Below the pieces are notes generated by a model. It was given only the letters and a program-made list of their open reading frames with translations. It had not been told where the DNA came from and did not search any database. A stretch of DNA of 64,000 nucleotides from an uncultured Alphaproteobacteria bacterium (GTDB taxonomy: Bacteria; Electryoneota; RPQS01), in contig CAYUIF010000001.1 of NCBI GenBank assembly GCA_964444755.1, positions 238,402 to 302,401 of the forward strand, in the 5' to 3' direction. The position numbers and the translations under genes were made by a program. Each line of letters begins with the position of its first letter. Position 1 is the stretch's first letter. Shown one piece after another: positions 1-9,623 of the stretch.

Positions 1-324
1 TTCGGCAAACCGCTCGCGCTGCACCGGATATTTTTCCATCAGCTTGAAAGTCCGCCGTAGAATAATATCGTCCGAATATAAAATCACCGGCTGCGGATAG
101 CGCAGCAGTTTGTCGGTCATCTTCCACGCCGCCGCCGGAGTCAGCGGCCGCTTGGCAAACCGCGCATCGGTAATCGCCGTGGCGAACTCCTGCAAGCTCT
201 GTTCGCACACGCACGCCACCCACAAACCTTTGACCGATTGTTCCAACAATTCGCTGGCTCGCTTGTGAAACGGCGAGGCGATATCCGCCGCGTAAATCAG
301 CACGCTCGTATCAATGCACTTCAT
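1..324 (-). CDS. PIN-domain toxin (VapC-like), partial; only the N-terminal ~107 aa are in the window
   Basis: Reverse-strand ATG at 322-324 gives MKCIDTSVLIYAADIASPFHKRASELLEQSVKGL..., typical of a PIN N-terminus (IDTSVLI acidic pocket). The ORF runs off the left edge. Its start overlaps the upstream antitoxin stop as ATGA. Confidence 0.7.
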   Translation of the reverse strand, partial: MKCIDTSVLIYAADIASPFHKRASELLEQSVKGLWVACVCEQSLQEFATAITDARFAKRPLTPAAAWKMTDKLLRYPQPVILYSDDIILRRTFKLMEKYPVQRERFAE

Positions 325-635
325 GGCCGCTCCTCGCGCAAGGCGGCGCGGTCGAAGGGTTCGATGAATCCGATGTGCGTAGCCAATTTCAGAAATTCCT
401 TCAGCCCGTTGCGCAGGCTCACCGACGCATCCTTGACGTTTTGCGTGCTGTCACGGCGCGTCTTTTGTTCCTGCTTGTAGAGCATGATCTCCGGACTCTG
501 GGCGGGAAACCGCCACAGTTTGCCGACCTTGATCGCCGACAAGCGCCCTTCGCGGGCCATTTTTTGGACGGTGGAAGAACTGACTTTGAGAAGTTTCGCC
601 ACCTCGGCGGTGGTGATGAATTCGCCTTGGACCAT
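321..635 (-). CDS. HTH (excisionase/MerR-like) DNA-binding antitoxin paired with the PIN toxin
   Basis: Internal start MVQGEFITTAEVAKLLKVSSSTVQKMAREGRLSAIKVGKLWRFP... is a helix-turn-helix of the excisionase family. It is translationally coupled (ATGA) to the downstream PIN gene. The longer ORF-track start at 785 is unlikely. Confidence 0.6.
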   Translation of the reverse strand: MVQGEFITTAEVAKLLKVSSSTVQKMAREGRLSAIKVGKLWRFPAQSPEIMLYKQEQKTRRDSTQNVKDASVSLRNGLKEFLKLATHIGFIEPFDRAALREERP

Positions 636-661
636 AGCGGGTAGTCCTCGGGTTCGGGTTG

Positions 662-1876
662 TTAGGCGGGGGCGGGGGTCTTGGCGGACAGTTTGGCTTG
701 AATGGCTTTGTAGCGCGTGTCCACCTCGGCCGCTTCGTCGAATTTTCCGGTATCGGTATAGAGATGGCCGAGTTCTTTTAAACACTCGGCAACATCGGGA
801 TGATCCGCGCCGCCGCTTTTTTCGAAAATCGCCGCCGCTTCCTTGTAGAGCGGTTCGGCTTCGGAATATTTCCCCGGCACGTTATAGATCGCCGCCAGTT
901 TCTGCATCGAACGCGCTACATCGGGATGTTCATTGCCCAGTCGTTCGCCGTCCAAGGCAATCGCCAGTCGGTAGAGTTCCGCGGCTTCGTCGTCTTTCGA
1001 AAGAAACCGGCACAAACAGGCTAACTTCTTGATGGATGCCGACGTTTCGGGTTTGTTTTTCCCCAGCGCCGTTTCCCGAATTTGTCTCGCCCGCCGCACC
1101 AGCGGCTCGGCTTGCGGGAACGCCTTGCGCGAGATTTCGAGATCGGCCAGCCACATTAAATCATCGGCCACGTGCGGATGATCGGCACCTAACGCCTTTT
1201 CGTGGATTTCTAATGCCTGCTTGCCGATGCGTTCTGCGTCCGTGAATTTACCCCGTGCTGCATGCAGATTCGCGTAGGAAATCAGCGCTTCCGCCATTTC
1301 GGGATGGTCTTTGCCCAGCGCTTTCTCCCGAATCGCCAACGCTCGCGAAAAGAACTGCTCGGCTTCGTTGTAGCGTTTTTGTTCGTGCTGAAGTTCCGCC
1401 AGTTTCACCAGCAATTCAGCGACGTCGGCATGCCACGAACCCAACGCCCGTTCCCGCATGCTCAGTGCCTTGGTTAAAACCAGTTCGGCTTGTCCGTACC
1501 GGTCAATCCCCCGATAGAATTCCACCAGCTTCAGCATCGAGTCCGCTACAAACGGGTGGGTGGCGCCCAAGGCGCGCTCCAGGATCATCAGCGCGCGCTT
1601 GAAATGCTTTTCGGCTTCGGTATAATCTTCCCGCGACCGATAAACTTCACCCAAATTATTCAGACTGGCGGCAATGCGCGGATCGTTTGCCGGAAAGTCG
1701 TGTTCAGCATAGGCCAGCGCCATTGAGAACAGACGATTAGCTTCCTTGAAGTCGCCTTCGTGAAACTTCTGTTGACCGGCTTCAGTGGCTTCCTGCCAGC
1801 GGGATTCGTCGCTCAAATGGCACCTCCTGTCATCATTTTCCGGATACGGAACAAATGTGGGCAAACCCTGTTCCAT
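662..1876 (-). CDS. Tetratricopeptide-repeat protein (TPR_10/TPR_12-like repeats)
   Basis: 404 aa with about nine repeats of ~42 aa matching A-x2-Y-x2-A-L-x-I-x-E-K-A-L-G-x-D-H-P-x-V-A (kinesin-light-chain-type TPR). Confidence 0.85.
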   Translation of the reverse strand: MEQGLPTFVPYPENDDRRCHLSDESRWQEATEAGQQKFHEGDFKEANRLFSMALAYAEHDFPANDPRIAASLNNLGEVYRSREDYTEAEKHFKRALMILERALGATHPFVADSMLKLVEFYRGIDRYGQAELVLTKALSMRERALGSWHADVAELLVKLAELQHEQKRYNEAEQFFSRALAIREKALGKDHPEMAEALISYANLHAARGKFTDAERIGKQALEIHEKALGADHPHVADDLMWLADLEISRKAFPQAEPLVRRARQIRETALGKNKPETSASIKKLACLCRFLSKDDEAAELYRLAIALDGERLGNEHPDVARSMQKLAAIYNVPGKYSEAEPLYKEAAAIFEKSGGADHPDVAECLKELGHLYTDTGKFDEAAEVDTRYKAIQAKLSAKTPAPA

Positions 1877-1938
1877 TAAATCCGGCTAATGATTACAGAA
1901 AGTTACGCTACGAACCCTCCATTTTTGCCGCGACGCTT

Positions 1939-2505
1939 TTACCTTCCGTATGTCCCCATAACTTGGGCTTCATCAAGGATGTGCCCCTTCATCGCATTCT
2001 CCAGTCCGGCCTTGTTTGCACTGGTCGGGAGTTCAAGGATGGTGTCGAGGGCATACAGTTTGAAGAAATAGCGGTGAGGTTTGCCGGGAGGTGGGCAGGG
2101 ACCACCGTATCCCGCTTTCGGCCAACTGTTCAATCCCTGATACATTCCACCCGGCAGCACGCTGTCGGCGGGCACGCCTTCCGGCAGTGTGGGGGCGCTG
2201 GGCGGGAGTCCCCATAGCACCCAATGAGTCCAGGTGCCCATCGGCGCGTCGGGATCGTCGCAAATCAACGCTAAACTTTTCGTTTGTTCCGGAATTCCCG
2301 TCCATGATAGCGGCGGGGAAAGATCCTGACCGTCGCATGTGTACTTCTTCGGGATTGTCGCTCCGTTCTCGAATGCGTTACTCTTAATCACCAAAGCCAT
2401 GCCGGTCGCCCCTTTCTCCTCCACGACTGAGGAGGGTTTCTCGGCCTTCTTGCAGCCTGCAAGTAAGACCAGAGCCAGCGCTGTCGTCAGTAAGAATCGG
2501 TGCAT
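1939..2505 (-). CDS. YbhB/YbcL (PEBP/Raf-kinase-inhibitor-like) family lipoprotein
   Basis: Lipoprotein signal MHRFLLTTALALVLLAGC. PEBP core motifs are present: YTCDGQDLSPPLSW, ICDDPDAP, GTWTHWVLWG, PPPG..HRYFFKLYALD. The start codon is ambiguous (2505, 2520 or 2541). Confidence 0.85.
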   Translation of the reverse strand: MHRFLLTTALALVLLAGCKKAEKPSSVVEEKGATGMALVIKSNAFENGATIPKKYTCDGQDLSPPLSWTGIPEQTKSLALICDDPDAPMGTWTHWVLWGLPPSAPTLPEGVPADSVLPGGMYQGLNSWPKAGYGGPCPPPGKPHRYFFKLYALDTILELPTSANKAGLENAMKGHILDEAQVMGTYGR

Positions 2506-2558
2506 AAGATATTGCCTCATCGAAGGAACAAAGATGGCCATTGTCGAATGGCCGTGGA

Positions 2559-3023
2559 TTAGCCGAGGATTTTTTTCAGGAGGGCGATCTGCCCGGCGTG
2601 ATAGAGATCGTGATGAATCACGCCGTTGAGCCGCACAAAGTGCGACAAGCCACCGCCCGCTGGAATTTCCTCATCCAAGCGTGGCGGGTCCAGCTTCACC
2701 ACCGCCTCGCGCAATTGGGCGTGTGCCGTTTTCAGCGTCTCGATCGCCGCCTTCCAAGACTGAGTATCGGTGTGAATCACCGGCGGAAAATTTTCTTCAT
2801 CGGTGGGAACTCGCTCGATTTTCTCGAGTCTCCAGCGCGCGACGTTCTTCCATGTTGCCATATGCAGCACCAGTTCCCAAATGCTGTGAATATGATCCAA
2901 CGGATGCGCCGCCGCTTCTTCAGACGGGATATCCTTGAGTACCTCCAGCACCGCCGGACCGTGCCAGGCCGGACCGGAGAACGCGCGATCCATCAAATCA
3001 ACGAGTCGTTCGGTTTCGGTCAT
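2559..3023 (-). CDS. DinB-family (DinB_2 four-helix-bundle, metal-dependent) protein
   Basis: 154 aa with the H..W.NV.RW...E...H....Y.HAGQI pattern typical of DinB/YfiT. There is a 4-nt overlap with the downstream gene. Confidence 0.75.
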   Translation of the reverse strand: MTETERLVDLMDRAFSGPAWHGPAVLEVLKDIPSEEAAAHPLDHIHSIWELVLHMATWKNVARWRLEKIERVPTDEENFPPVIHTDTQSWKAAIETLKTAHAQLREAVVKLDPPRLDEEIPAGGGLSHFVRLNGVIHHDLYHAGQIALLKKILG

Positions 3024-3910
3024 TTTTTCGGTTGCTTCGGCTCGTTTTTATTCATTTCACGAACTCGTTCGCGGGCTTTCGCCAAGGTCGGCACATTCCA
3101 TTGCTCGCGCTCGATATCGGTTACCGTCGTCGTGTCCATCGGTTCCAGCGTCCACTTCCCGTCGTCTCCCTTGCGGAATTGCGTGCCGTAGATTTGCGGT
3201 TGTCCGACACTCTGCAGATACCGATCCATCGCCGCTGCCGCCAGCCACCGTGCACTCCGATTGGTGGAATCCAGCTTCACCGCCATCAAGGATAACTCGC
3301 GCGCGCGCCGATAGGCTGCCGAATCCGCTCCGTGTTGAAAGATCAGCGCGGCGTTCAGATAATCCTCGGTAGCCTTCAATTCACCGTTGTCAGCCATCGC
3401 TTGAACACGGCTTAGCCGTTCGCGATCCTTCACGCTCACACTGTCCCAATTGATATCATCGAAATCGCCCTTGCGCGCCGCCTGATCTTCCTTCATCATG
3501 AAGAACAGCTCTTCATTCAAACCTTCCCGTTTCAGATAATCCCGCTGCGCGCCGGACATGTGTTCCACAACATCCGGCCAGCGGGCGTCGGTCGTTAAAA
3601 GTTCCAGATCGGGATCGTCTTTCAGGTGCTGCACGTTCGTAAAATCGTGCGCAATGGCTTCTTCCAGATAGAAGAACGCCGCGTTGGCGTCGCCCGCCAG
3701 CGCGAAACAGCAGGCGCAATTGTAATAGATGCCCGGAGTCTGGCGGCCTGCTTCGATGGCTTCCACGTAGAGCTTCGCGCAATCGTCATAGCGCTCGTCA
3801 TCGTAAGCGGCATTGGCTAACGTGGTCAGGCTGTCCAGCTCATGATCCGGGTGAGCGAAGGCAGCGGCTGCCAGCGCGAGAATGATTAGCAGGGAAAGCG
3901 ATAGTCGCAT
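3020..3910 (-). CDS. Secreted hypothetical protein with a TPR-like N-terminal region
   Basis: Signal peptide MRLSLSLLIILALAAAAFA. N-terminal helical repeats (YDDCAKLYVEAIEAG..., YYNCACCFALAGDANAAFFYLEEAI). No confident family match. Confidence 0.6.
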   Translation of the reverse strand: MRLSLSLLIILALAAAAFAHPDHELDSLTTLANAAYDDERYDDCAKLYVEAIEAGRQTPGIYYNCACCFALAGDANAAFFYLEEAIAHDFTNVQHLKDDPDLELLTTDARWPDVVEHMSGAQRDYLKREGLNEELFFMMKEDQAARKGDFDDINWDSVSVKDRERLSRVQAMADNGELKATEDYLNAALIFQHGADSAAYRRARELSLMAVKLDSTNRSARWLAAAAMDRYLQSVGQPQIYGTQFRKGDDGKWTLEPMDTTTVTDIEREQWNVPTLAKARERVREMNKNEPKQPKK

Positions 3911-3959
3911 GGGAGTGTCTTGTTTAATCGATCCGACTCCCATCTCCGGGAAGGGCACA

Positions 3960-4372
3960 TGACCCCTCCCGGGATGGGTTGTGGTTTGTCCGAGGTGCGA
4001 GCAAAGCAGGCGCGGCGCGCGGCTTTACGGGGAGTTGCGTGTCAACGTGGCTTTGCACGGACGGCGTCGGGTTTGGATTCGGATCGGACTATCCGTTCGC
4101 ACCGTTCCCGACGGCCTCTTACGCCGGAATCTATCGTTATCGCCGAGGCAGATCCCCGATCTGCCCGGAACGCACACCTATCGCCGTGCGCGGGTCCGTG
4201 ACCCGACTGGCGCTCTCTGTTATTCGCCGAGGAGGGTCCCCAGACCCTCCCGGAATCTTCATCGCCGAGGCACCCGTCCGCGGGTGCCCGGAACGTAATC
4301 GTTGTTCGCGGCGGCGAATCCCCAGATTCGCCCCACCGTGATTGGCCGGGGTGTCCGTACTCCGCGCGAAAT
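3960..4372. repeat. Cluster of REP/BIME-like palindromic elements
   Basis: Several units of the form TTCGCCGAG-[GC-rich hairpin]-CCGGAA(TC), e.g. ggcagatcccc/gatctgcc, ggcacccgtccgcgggtgcc, ggagggtccccagaccctcc. The same flanks and hairpins recur at more than 8 other intergenic sites in the window. Confidence 0.6.
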
Positions 4373-4373
4373 A

Positions 4374-5843
4374 TTACCGCTTCCCCCAATCATCGGCCAG
4401 AAGCTTCGCCTTGCGCCATGCCGAAAGATCGTTCATATTCAGCAGGCTGTTGATCTGTGCGGCGGTGGTCATGTTGGCGAGGGCTTTCTGATGTTCGCCC
4501 AGTTCCTTTTGCGCGAGAGCCAGTTTGTACAGCAAATCGGCGCGCTGGAGGTTGGCTTGCGACAGTTCCTCCGCCGCCTTATCGTACTGTTTCTTGGCTA
4601 AAGCCAGTCGCCCGTTCAATTCGTGCAACTGGCGCATCACGTCTACAGTTCCCGCCGCATTGGCTAACGACGCATAGGAATCAATTAAAGTTTTGGCTTT
4701 GGTCAGATCATCACGCTGCAGTGCGATCAAGGCCTCGCCGTACAACGCAGCCCGTTCGGTGGCCGCGATTTGCGTCGGCGCCAGCTTGGAACCTTCGACG
4801 ATTTCCACCGCCCGTTTGAAACTCACGATGGCATCTTCGTTATACTCGAACTGCCATTGCAGCATACCGATGGTGATGGCATTTCCCGCCAACTGCGCGA
4901 TGTCGTCGTTCTTGGCTGCGATCTCGCCGTTTGCCTGCAACTCTTTGAGCGCTGCGTCGTAATTCCCCTCGTCAAAGTAGGTCATCGCCATCCCGAAATG
5001 CGCGGTTTGCCGTTCGCCGTCGTTGCGCGCGCGAGCTAGTAATTCCTGCAATTCGCGGCGGGCCTCCTCATGCCGTCCCAAATAAACCAGCGGGCTGGCG
5101 AGATTGAAGCGCGAGGCGTTGAATGTTGAATCCACCTTCAGCGCTTCGCGGTAGCGCGTAATTGCTTCTTCAAACCGCCCCTCTTTGAGCAGCAGTTCGG
5201 CATAGGAATCATAGGGATTCGCATCCGTCGGATTCAGTTCGATATACTTGAGAAACGCTTGCTCTGCGCCCGGATAGTCGTTGAGATTCCGCCGCGCATA
5301 GCCCAGCATATTCCACGCGGGAATAAACGATGGGTTGATGTCCACCGCCCGCTGCAATTCCGCCGCCGCGCTGTCGTAGTATTGCCGTCCCCAATAGTAG
5401 ACCGCAAACGAATTATGCGCCCGTTCGTCGTCCGGGCATTTCGCAATCAGTTGCCCGAGTTTCTCTCGCTGCTTCGGAAAATCGGCCTGCGAAGCCGCTT
5501 CGTCGGCGCCAATCCACAGTCGTTCGCATTCCGAAGCGTGCTCCGCCGCGTCCGCCGCCAGCGCCAGACAATCCTGAAAATCTTTCGCGCTGGTTTGCGA
5601 GAACGCCAATCCCCGATACGCGAGTGCGAAGTTCGGATCCAACTTCACGGCTTGCTCGAAAAGTCCCCGCGAATCGAAAAACTTGAACCGGTCCTGCAAG
5701 TCCATCCCCTGCAAGTACAAGTGTCGCGCGTCCTCGGAAGCCGTCGTAATCGGAATCTTCCCGACCTCCCCTTCCGCGGCTATCAGCCCCACCGCTAATC
5801 CCCACACCCCCACCAACATCAAAACACCACCAAGGTACTTCAT
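4374..5843 (-). CDS. Secreted tetratricopeptide-repeat protein
   Basis: 489 aa. Signal peptide MKYLGGVLMLVGVWGLAVGLIAAEG. Multiple TPR units (AYRGLAF..., AWNMLGYA..., YDSYAELLLKEGRFEEAI...). Confidence 0.85.
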   Translation of the reverse strand: MKYLGGVLMLVGVWGLAVGLIAAEGEVGKIPITTASEDARHLYLQGMDLQDRFKFFDSRGLFEQAVKLDPNFALAYRGLAFSQTSAKDFQDCLALAADAAEHASECERLWIGADEAASQADFPKQREKLGQLIAKCPDDERAHNSFAVYYWGRQYYDSAAAELQRAVDINPSFIPAWNMLGYARRNLNDYPGAEQAFLKYIELNPTDANPYDSYAELLLKEGRFEEAITRYREALKVDSTFNASRFNLASPLVYLGRHEEARRELQELLARARNDGERQTAHFGMAMTYFDEGNYDAALKELQANGEIAAKNDDIAQLAGNAITIGMLQWQFEYNEDAIVSFKRAVEIVEGSKLAPTQIAATERAALYGEALIALQRDDLTKAKTLIDSYASLANAAGTVDVMRQLHELNGRLALAKKQYDKAAEELSQANLQRADLLYKLALAQKELGEHQKALANMTTAAQINSLLNMNDLSAWRKAKLLADDWGKR

Positions 5844-6007
5844 GGTCAGTCTCCTCTCGGTTGAACTGCCTATCCCTTAGCAAGTGCAGAGAAGAAAATC
5901 GATCTATCCTGCGAAGAAAGAATCCGAAATAATGACGGTCTCTGACAGCCTTGTCTCCGTCGCCCGGGGTGTCCTTGCACCACGTCACAAATCTATTTAA
6001 TTATCAA

Positions 6008-6036
6008 CGGCGCGGGGTGTTGCCACCCCGCGCCGC
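6008..6036 (-). terminator. GC-rich hairpin downstream of the aldehyde dehydrogenase gene
   Basis: ggcgcggggtg-ttgc-caccccgcgcc forms a perfect 11-bp stem, followed on the minus strand by AT-rich sequence. Confidence 0.4.
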
Positions 6037-6050
6037 TCTATATTATCCGC

Positions 6051-7610
6051 TTATTTTTTCTTCTTTAGTTCGTCCGTGTCAATCTGCGCTTTCTGCAGCG
6101 AGCCTGACCAGTCCACATAGCAGGTCTTGACCTCGGAGAAGAACTCGTAGGGACCCCAGCCGCCTTCGCGGTGGCCGTTGCCCGTGCCCTTCATGCCGCC
6201 GAACGGCAGATGGGCTTCCGCGCCGATGGTGGCGGAGTTGATGTAGGTGATGCCGGTCTCGATATCGCGGAAGGCGCGGAACGCCTTATTCACGTCCTGC
6301 GTGAATACCGCGCTCGATAACCCGTATTCGATGTCGTTGCCGACCTTCAGCGCTTCGTCGTAATTCTTGACCTTGATCACCGACACCACCGGCCCGAAAA
6401 TTTCTTCCTGGCTGATGCGCATTTTCGGCTTGCAGTCCGTGAAGATGGTCGGCTGAATGAAGTAGCCGTTCTTGTGCTCGGGCGTCGTCAGCCGCTTGCC
6501 GCCGTAGGCCAGCGTTGCCTTATCTTCCTTCTTCCCGATTTCGATGTATTCGAGGTCGGTGTTGAGTTGGCTTTCGGAAACCGCCGGTCCCATGGTGATG
6601 CCGGGATCGTTGCCATAGCCGACTTTCAGTTTCTTTGCCGCCTTGATGAACATCTCCACGAATTCGTCATGCACGCCCTCTTCCACGATCACGCGCGATG
6701 TGGCCGTGCAGCGTTGTCCGGTGGTGCCGAAGCCCGCCCATACGCAGGCGTCCACGGCCAACTCGAGATTGGCGTCGTTGAGAATGATCGTGCAGTTCTT
6801 GCCGCCCAACTCCATCGAGATGCGCTTCAGCATCGGTGCGGCCATTTCCATGATCTTGCGGCCGACGAAATTGGAACCCGTGAACGAAATCATTTTGGTG
6901 TCGGGATGCTGGACGATGGCGTTGCCCACCTTCGTGCCCGAACCGCACACCATGTTGATGACTTCCGGCGGAAAACCGGCGTCCAGAATCGCATTAACCA
7001 GATTCCACACCGACAGCGGCGTGATTTCGGCGGGTTTGATCACCACCGTATTGCCGCACATCAACGCCGGGAACGTCTTCCATGTGGGAATCGCCATCGG
7101 GAAATTCCACGGCGTCACGAGTCCGGCCACGCCCATCGGTAGGCGGACGGTCATATTGAACTTGCTGGGTAGTTCGCTGGGCACGGTCTTGCCGAACAGG
7201 CGGTAGCCTTCGCCGCTGGCGTAAAGGGCGGTGTCAATGCCTTCCTGCACGTCGCCGCGGGTTTCGAAGACCGGTTTGCCCATTTCCCGCGTCATATCGA
7301 ACGCGAATTGTTCCTTGCGCGCCTTCATGATGTCCACGAGCTTGAGGAACATCTGCGCGCGCTGCGGCGGCGGTACCAACCGCCACCATTCGTAGGCTTT
7401 CTTCGCCGACTTTACCGCGCGATCCACGTCTTCTTTCGTGCTGCGCGGAAAGGTTCCGATCAGATCATCCTTGTTCGCCGGATTGCGGTTTTCGGAAACT
7501 TCACCGCTGGACGAATCGCACCACTTGCCCGCAATGAAGTTCTGATATTTCTTGGTCTCGTGTTTGAATTTGTAGGTGGGTTTGATTGCCTTGGTCTTTT
7601 CTGGACTCAT
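6051..7610 (-). CDS. Aldehyde dehydrogenase family protein, 1-pyrroline-5-carboxylate/glutamate-semialdehyde dehydrogenase-like
   Basis: 519 aa. Catalytic Glu in ELGGKNCTII and Cys in GQRCTATSRVIV. NAD-binding FTGSNFVGRKI. Length and N-terminal extension resemble RocA/PruA-type P5CDH. It is divergent from a glutamate dehydrogenase gene. Confidence 0.85.
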   Translation of the reverse strand: MSPEKTKAIKPTYKFKHETKKYQNFIAGKWCDSSSGEVSENRNPANKDDLIGTFPRSTKEDVDRAVKSAKKAYEWWRLVPPPQRAQMFLKLVDIMKARKEQFAFDMTREMGKPVFETRGDVQEGIDTALYASGEGYRLFGKTVPSELPSKFNMTVRLPMGVAGLVTPWNFPMAIPTWKTFPALMCGNTVVIKPAEITPLSVWNLVNAILDAGFPPEVINMVCGSGTKVGNAIVQHPDTKMISFTGSNFVGRKIMEMAAPMLKRISMELGGKNCTIILNDANLELAVDACVWAGFGTTGQRCTATSRVIVEEGVHDEFVEMFIKAAKKLKVGYGNDPGITMGPAVSESQLNTDLEYIEIGKKEDKATLAYGGKRLTTPEHKNGYFIQPTIFTDCKPKMRISQEEIFGPVVSVIKVKNYDEALKVGNDIEYGLSSAVFTQDVNKAFRAFRDIETGITYINSATIGAEAHLPFGGMKGTGNGHREGGWGPYEFFSEVKTCYVDWSGSLQKAQIDTDELKKKK

Positions 7611-7870
7611 GGCCGGCTCCTCTGTGGGTTGGATGATCGGAATATAAGCACGGCGGGGGGAATGCCTTTGCTTCTATTTAGTGATTTCAACCTTCTAATT
7701 TAGGAAAATTCCCGAAAAGTATCAACCAATCCAATTTCCTGTAAGTCTATATAATGTAAACGTTTTTGTGAAAGCTTGTGAGACGATTCACGGGCTGTGT
7801 CGCCTCGAATGGCTGCTAATATGTTCTATCGCTATGGGTTGCAAGGATTCGAAATAAATTACGTCAGGGG

Positions 7871-7899
7871 TTGACTTTTCGACTATGTGACAATATCTT
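7871..7899 (+). promoter_or_regulatory. Candidate sigma-70 promoter for gdh
   Basis: TTGACT, then 17 nt, then TATCTT, about 45 nt upstream of the GDH start. AGGAGG RBS at 7937-7942. Confidence 0.3.
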
Positions 7900-7947
7900 G
7901 TTATTTATGTCACGATGATCGCAAACTTCAAGGTTCAAGGAGGTTGC

Positions 7948-9261
7948 ATGAAAGGAGCGGGATCGGGGAGCGGGAAAATAACGAATCCCAATGTTGCGGA
8001 GCCGAGCCCCGGCAGTCTGTTCGACCACGTTCTCTATCACTTCGATCGCGCCGCGGACCGGATCGGTATTGATCCCTATACGCGGAAGATCATGCGTACG
8101 ACCACGAATGAGATTCTCGTTCATTTCCCGGTGAAGATGGATGACGGTCGTATTGAAATCATGGCCGGCTACCGGTTTCAATACAACAATGTACAGGGAC
8201 CGTTCCAAGGCGGTATGCGCTATCATCCCCGGTTGGATCAGGATCTGGCCCGCGGACTGGCAGCCCTGGCCACGTGGCGCGCGGCCCTGGTTGGACTGCC
8301 CGCCGGTGGCGCGGAAGGCGGCCTCCAAATTGATCCGGCACGCTACACGCTGGGGGAACTTGAGCGCATTACTCGTCGCTTCACGTATGCGTTGGGTAAT
8401 GTGATCGGACCGGAATATGATATCCCTGCGCCCGACGTCAACACCAATTCGCAGATCATGGTGTGGATGCTCGACACGTATCTATCCACCCTGCAGCCGC
8501 TCGAACGGGCTCGCAATACCCATGTAGTCACCGGCAAACCGCTGGAATCGGGTGGTACGCAAGGCCGCGACAAAGCCACTGGACAGGGTTTGGTGTATCT
8601 GCTCAACGAATGGTCGCGCGATCGTCATTTCGCATTATACTCCGCGACTTATTCGTTGCAGGGCTTCGGCAACGTCGGCTCGTGGACCGCGCGGTTGTTG
8701 AAAGCGGAAGGTTGTCGGTTAATGGCCGTTGAAGATCATACCGGCGCGATCCGCAACAAGGACGGAATTGATCCCGACGAACTCTTTGCCTATGTCTCGT
8801 CCACCGGCGGTGTCAAGGGCTATCCTAAAGGCGAAGCCATTGATCACGAAGCCTTCCTGAAAACCAAAGCGGATATTTTTATCCCCGCCGCATTGGAAAA
8901 CCAAATCCACGGCGAAAATGCCGATCTGCTTAATGTGCGGGTGGTGGCGGAAGGCGCGAACGGTCCGTTGGCGCCGCTCGCGGATGCCAATTTCGAAAAA
9001 CGCGGTATTGATGTTCTCCCGGATATTCTCTCTAATTCCGGCGGTGTGATTGTCAGCTATTATGAATGGCTGCAAAACAAACGCAGTGAATATTGGGAAT
9101 TGGAGGAAGTGGATACAAAACTGCATAAGCGCATTGTGGATGCCTATGTAAAGGTTCGCGATACGGCCCGCAACCTCTCCGTTGATTGGAGGACTGCCGC
9201 TTACATCGTGGCCTTGCAACGAATGGCTACCGTTTACAAAGAACGTGGCATCTTCCCATGA
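7948..9261 (+). CDS. gdhA: Glutamate dehydrogenase (Glu/Leu/Phe/Val dehydrogenase family)
   Basis: Start MKGAG follows an AGGAGG RBS. Conserved GLPAGGAEGG, a Lys-containing GG.RYHP region and Rossmann LQGFGNVGSW. Confidence 0.9.
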   Translation: MKGAGSGSGKITNPNVAEPSPGSLFDHVLYHFDRAADRIGIDPYTRKIMRTTTNEILVHFPVKMDDGRIEIMAGYRFQYNNVQGPFQGGMRYHPRLDQDLARGLAALATWRAALVGLPAGGAEGGLQIDPARYTLGELERITRRFTYALGNVIGPEYDIPAPDVNTNSQIMVWMLDTYLSTLQPLERARNTHVVTGKPLESGGTQGRDKATGQGLVYLLNEWSRDRHFALYSATYSLQGFGNVGSWTARLLKAEGCRLMAVEDHTGAIRNKDGIDPDELFAYVSSTGGVKGYPKGEAIDHEAFLKTKADIFIPAALENQIHGENADLLNVRVVAEGANGPLAPLADANFEKRGIDVLPDILSNSGGVIVSYYEWLQNKRSEYWELEEVDTKLHKRIVDAYVKVRDTARNLSVDWRTAAYIVALQRMATVYKERGIFP

Positions 9262-9300
9262 TCTGATACTCACAAGTGCACAGTTGAAAAGGCATTAGGT

Positions 9301-9326
9301 AAACAGGCCGCATTGCGGCCTGTTTA
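9301..9326 (+). terminator. Hairpin terminator after gdh
   Basis: aaacaggccgca-t-tgcggcctgttt is a perfect 12-bp palindrome about 40 nt after the stop. Confidence 0.5.
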
Positions 9327-9623
9327 CATTAGTGCGAAAAAAGTTTCGCAGTTGTGTAACTATTCATCCTCGAATATTGTCGTAAACTTTGTTGAGTTTT
9401 CATGTGTAAAGACTTGTTTTCGTAACCTTGCTTTCGTAAATTCCCGTGTGAAGGTGGATTGGCGGTTAGCTGGCCATCTGATAAACAGCACTGTATGGGC
9501 ATGGGGCCCCATCGCAGGCCAGTGTCACGGGAAGGATTGCGGGCGCGTTCCTTTTCGGCTTGGCGATGTATGAGGCGGTGACAGCAACGGGGTTGAGAGT
9601 CCCCAGGTTGGAAAGGAACGGCT

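Noticed and set aside
238-1032. Overlapping plus-strand ORFs (80-182 aa) at the left end
   Set aside because: They overlap the minus-strand toxin-antitoxin pair and the TPR gene. There are no supporting motifs.
6474-7206. Plus-strand ORFs of 222 and 187 aa inside the ALDH gene
   Set aside because: Antisense to a gene with a complete ALDH catalytic signature.
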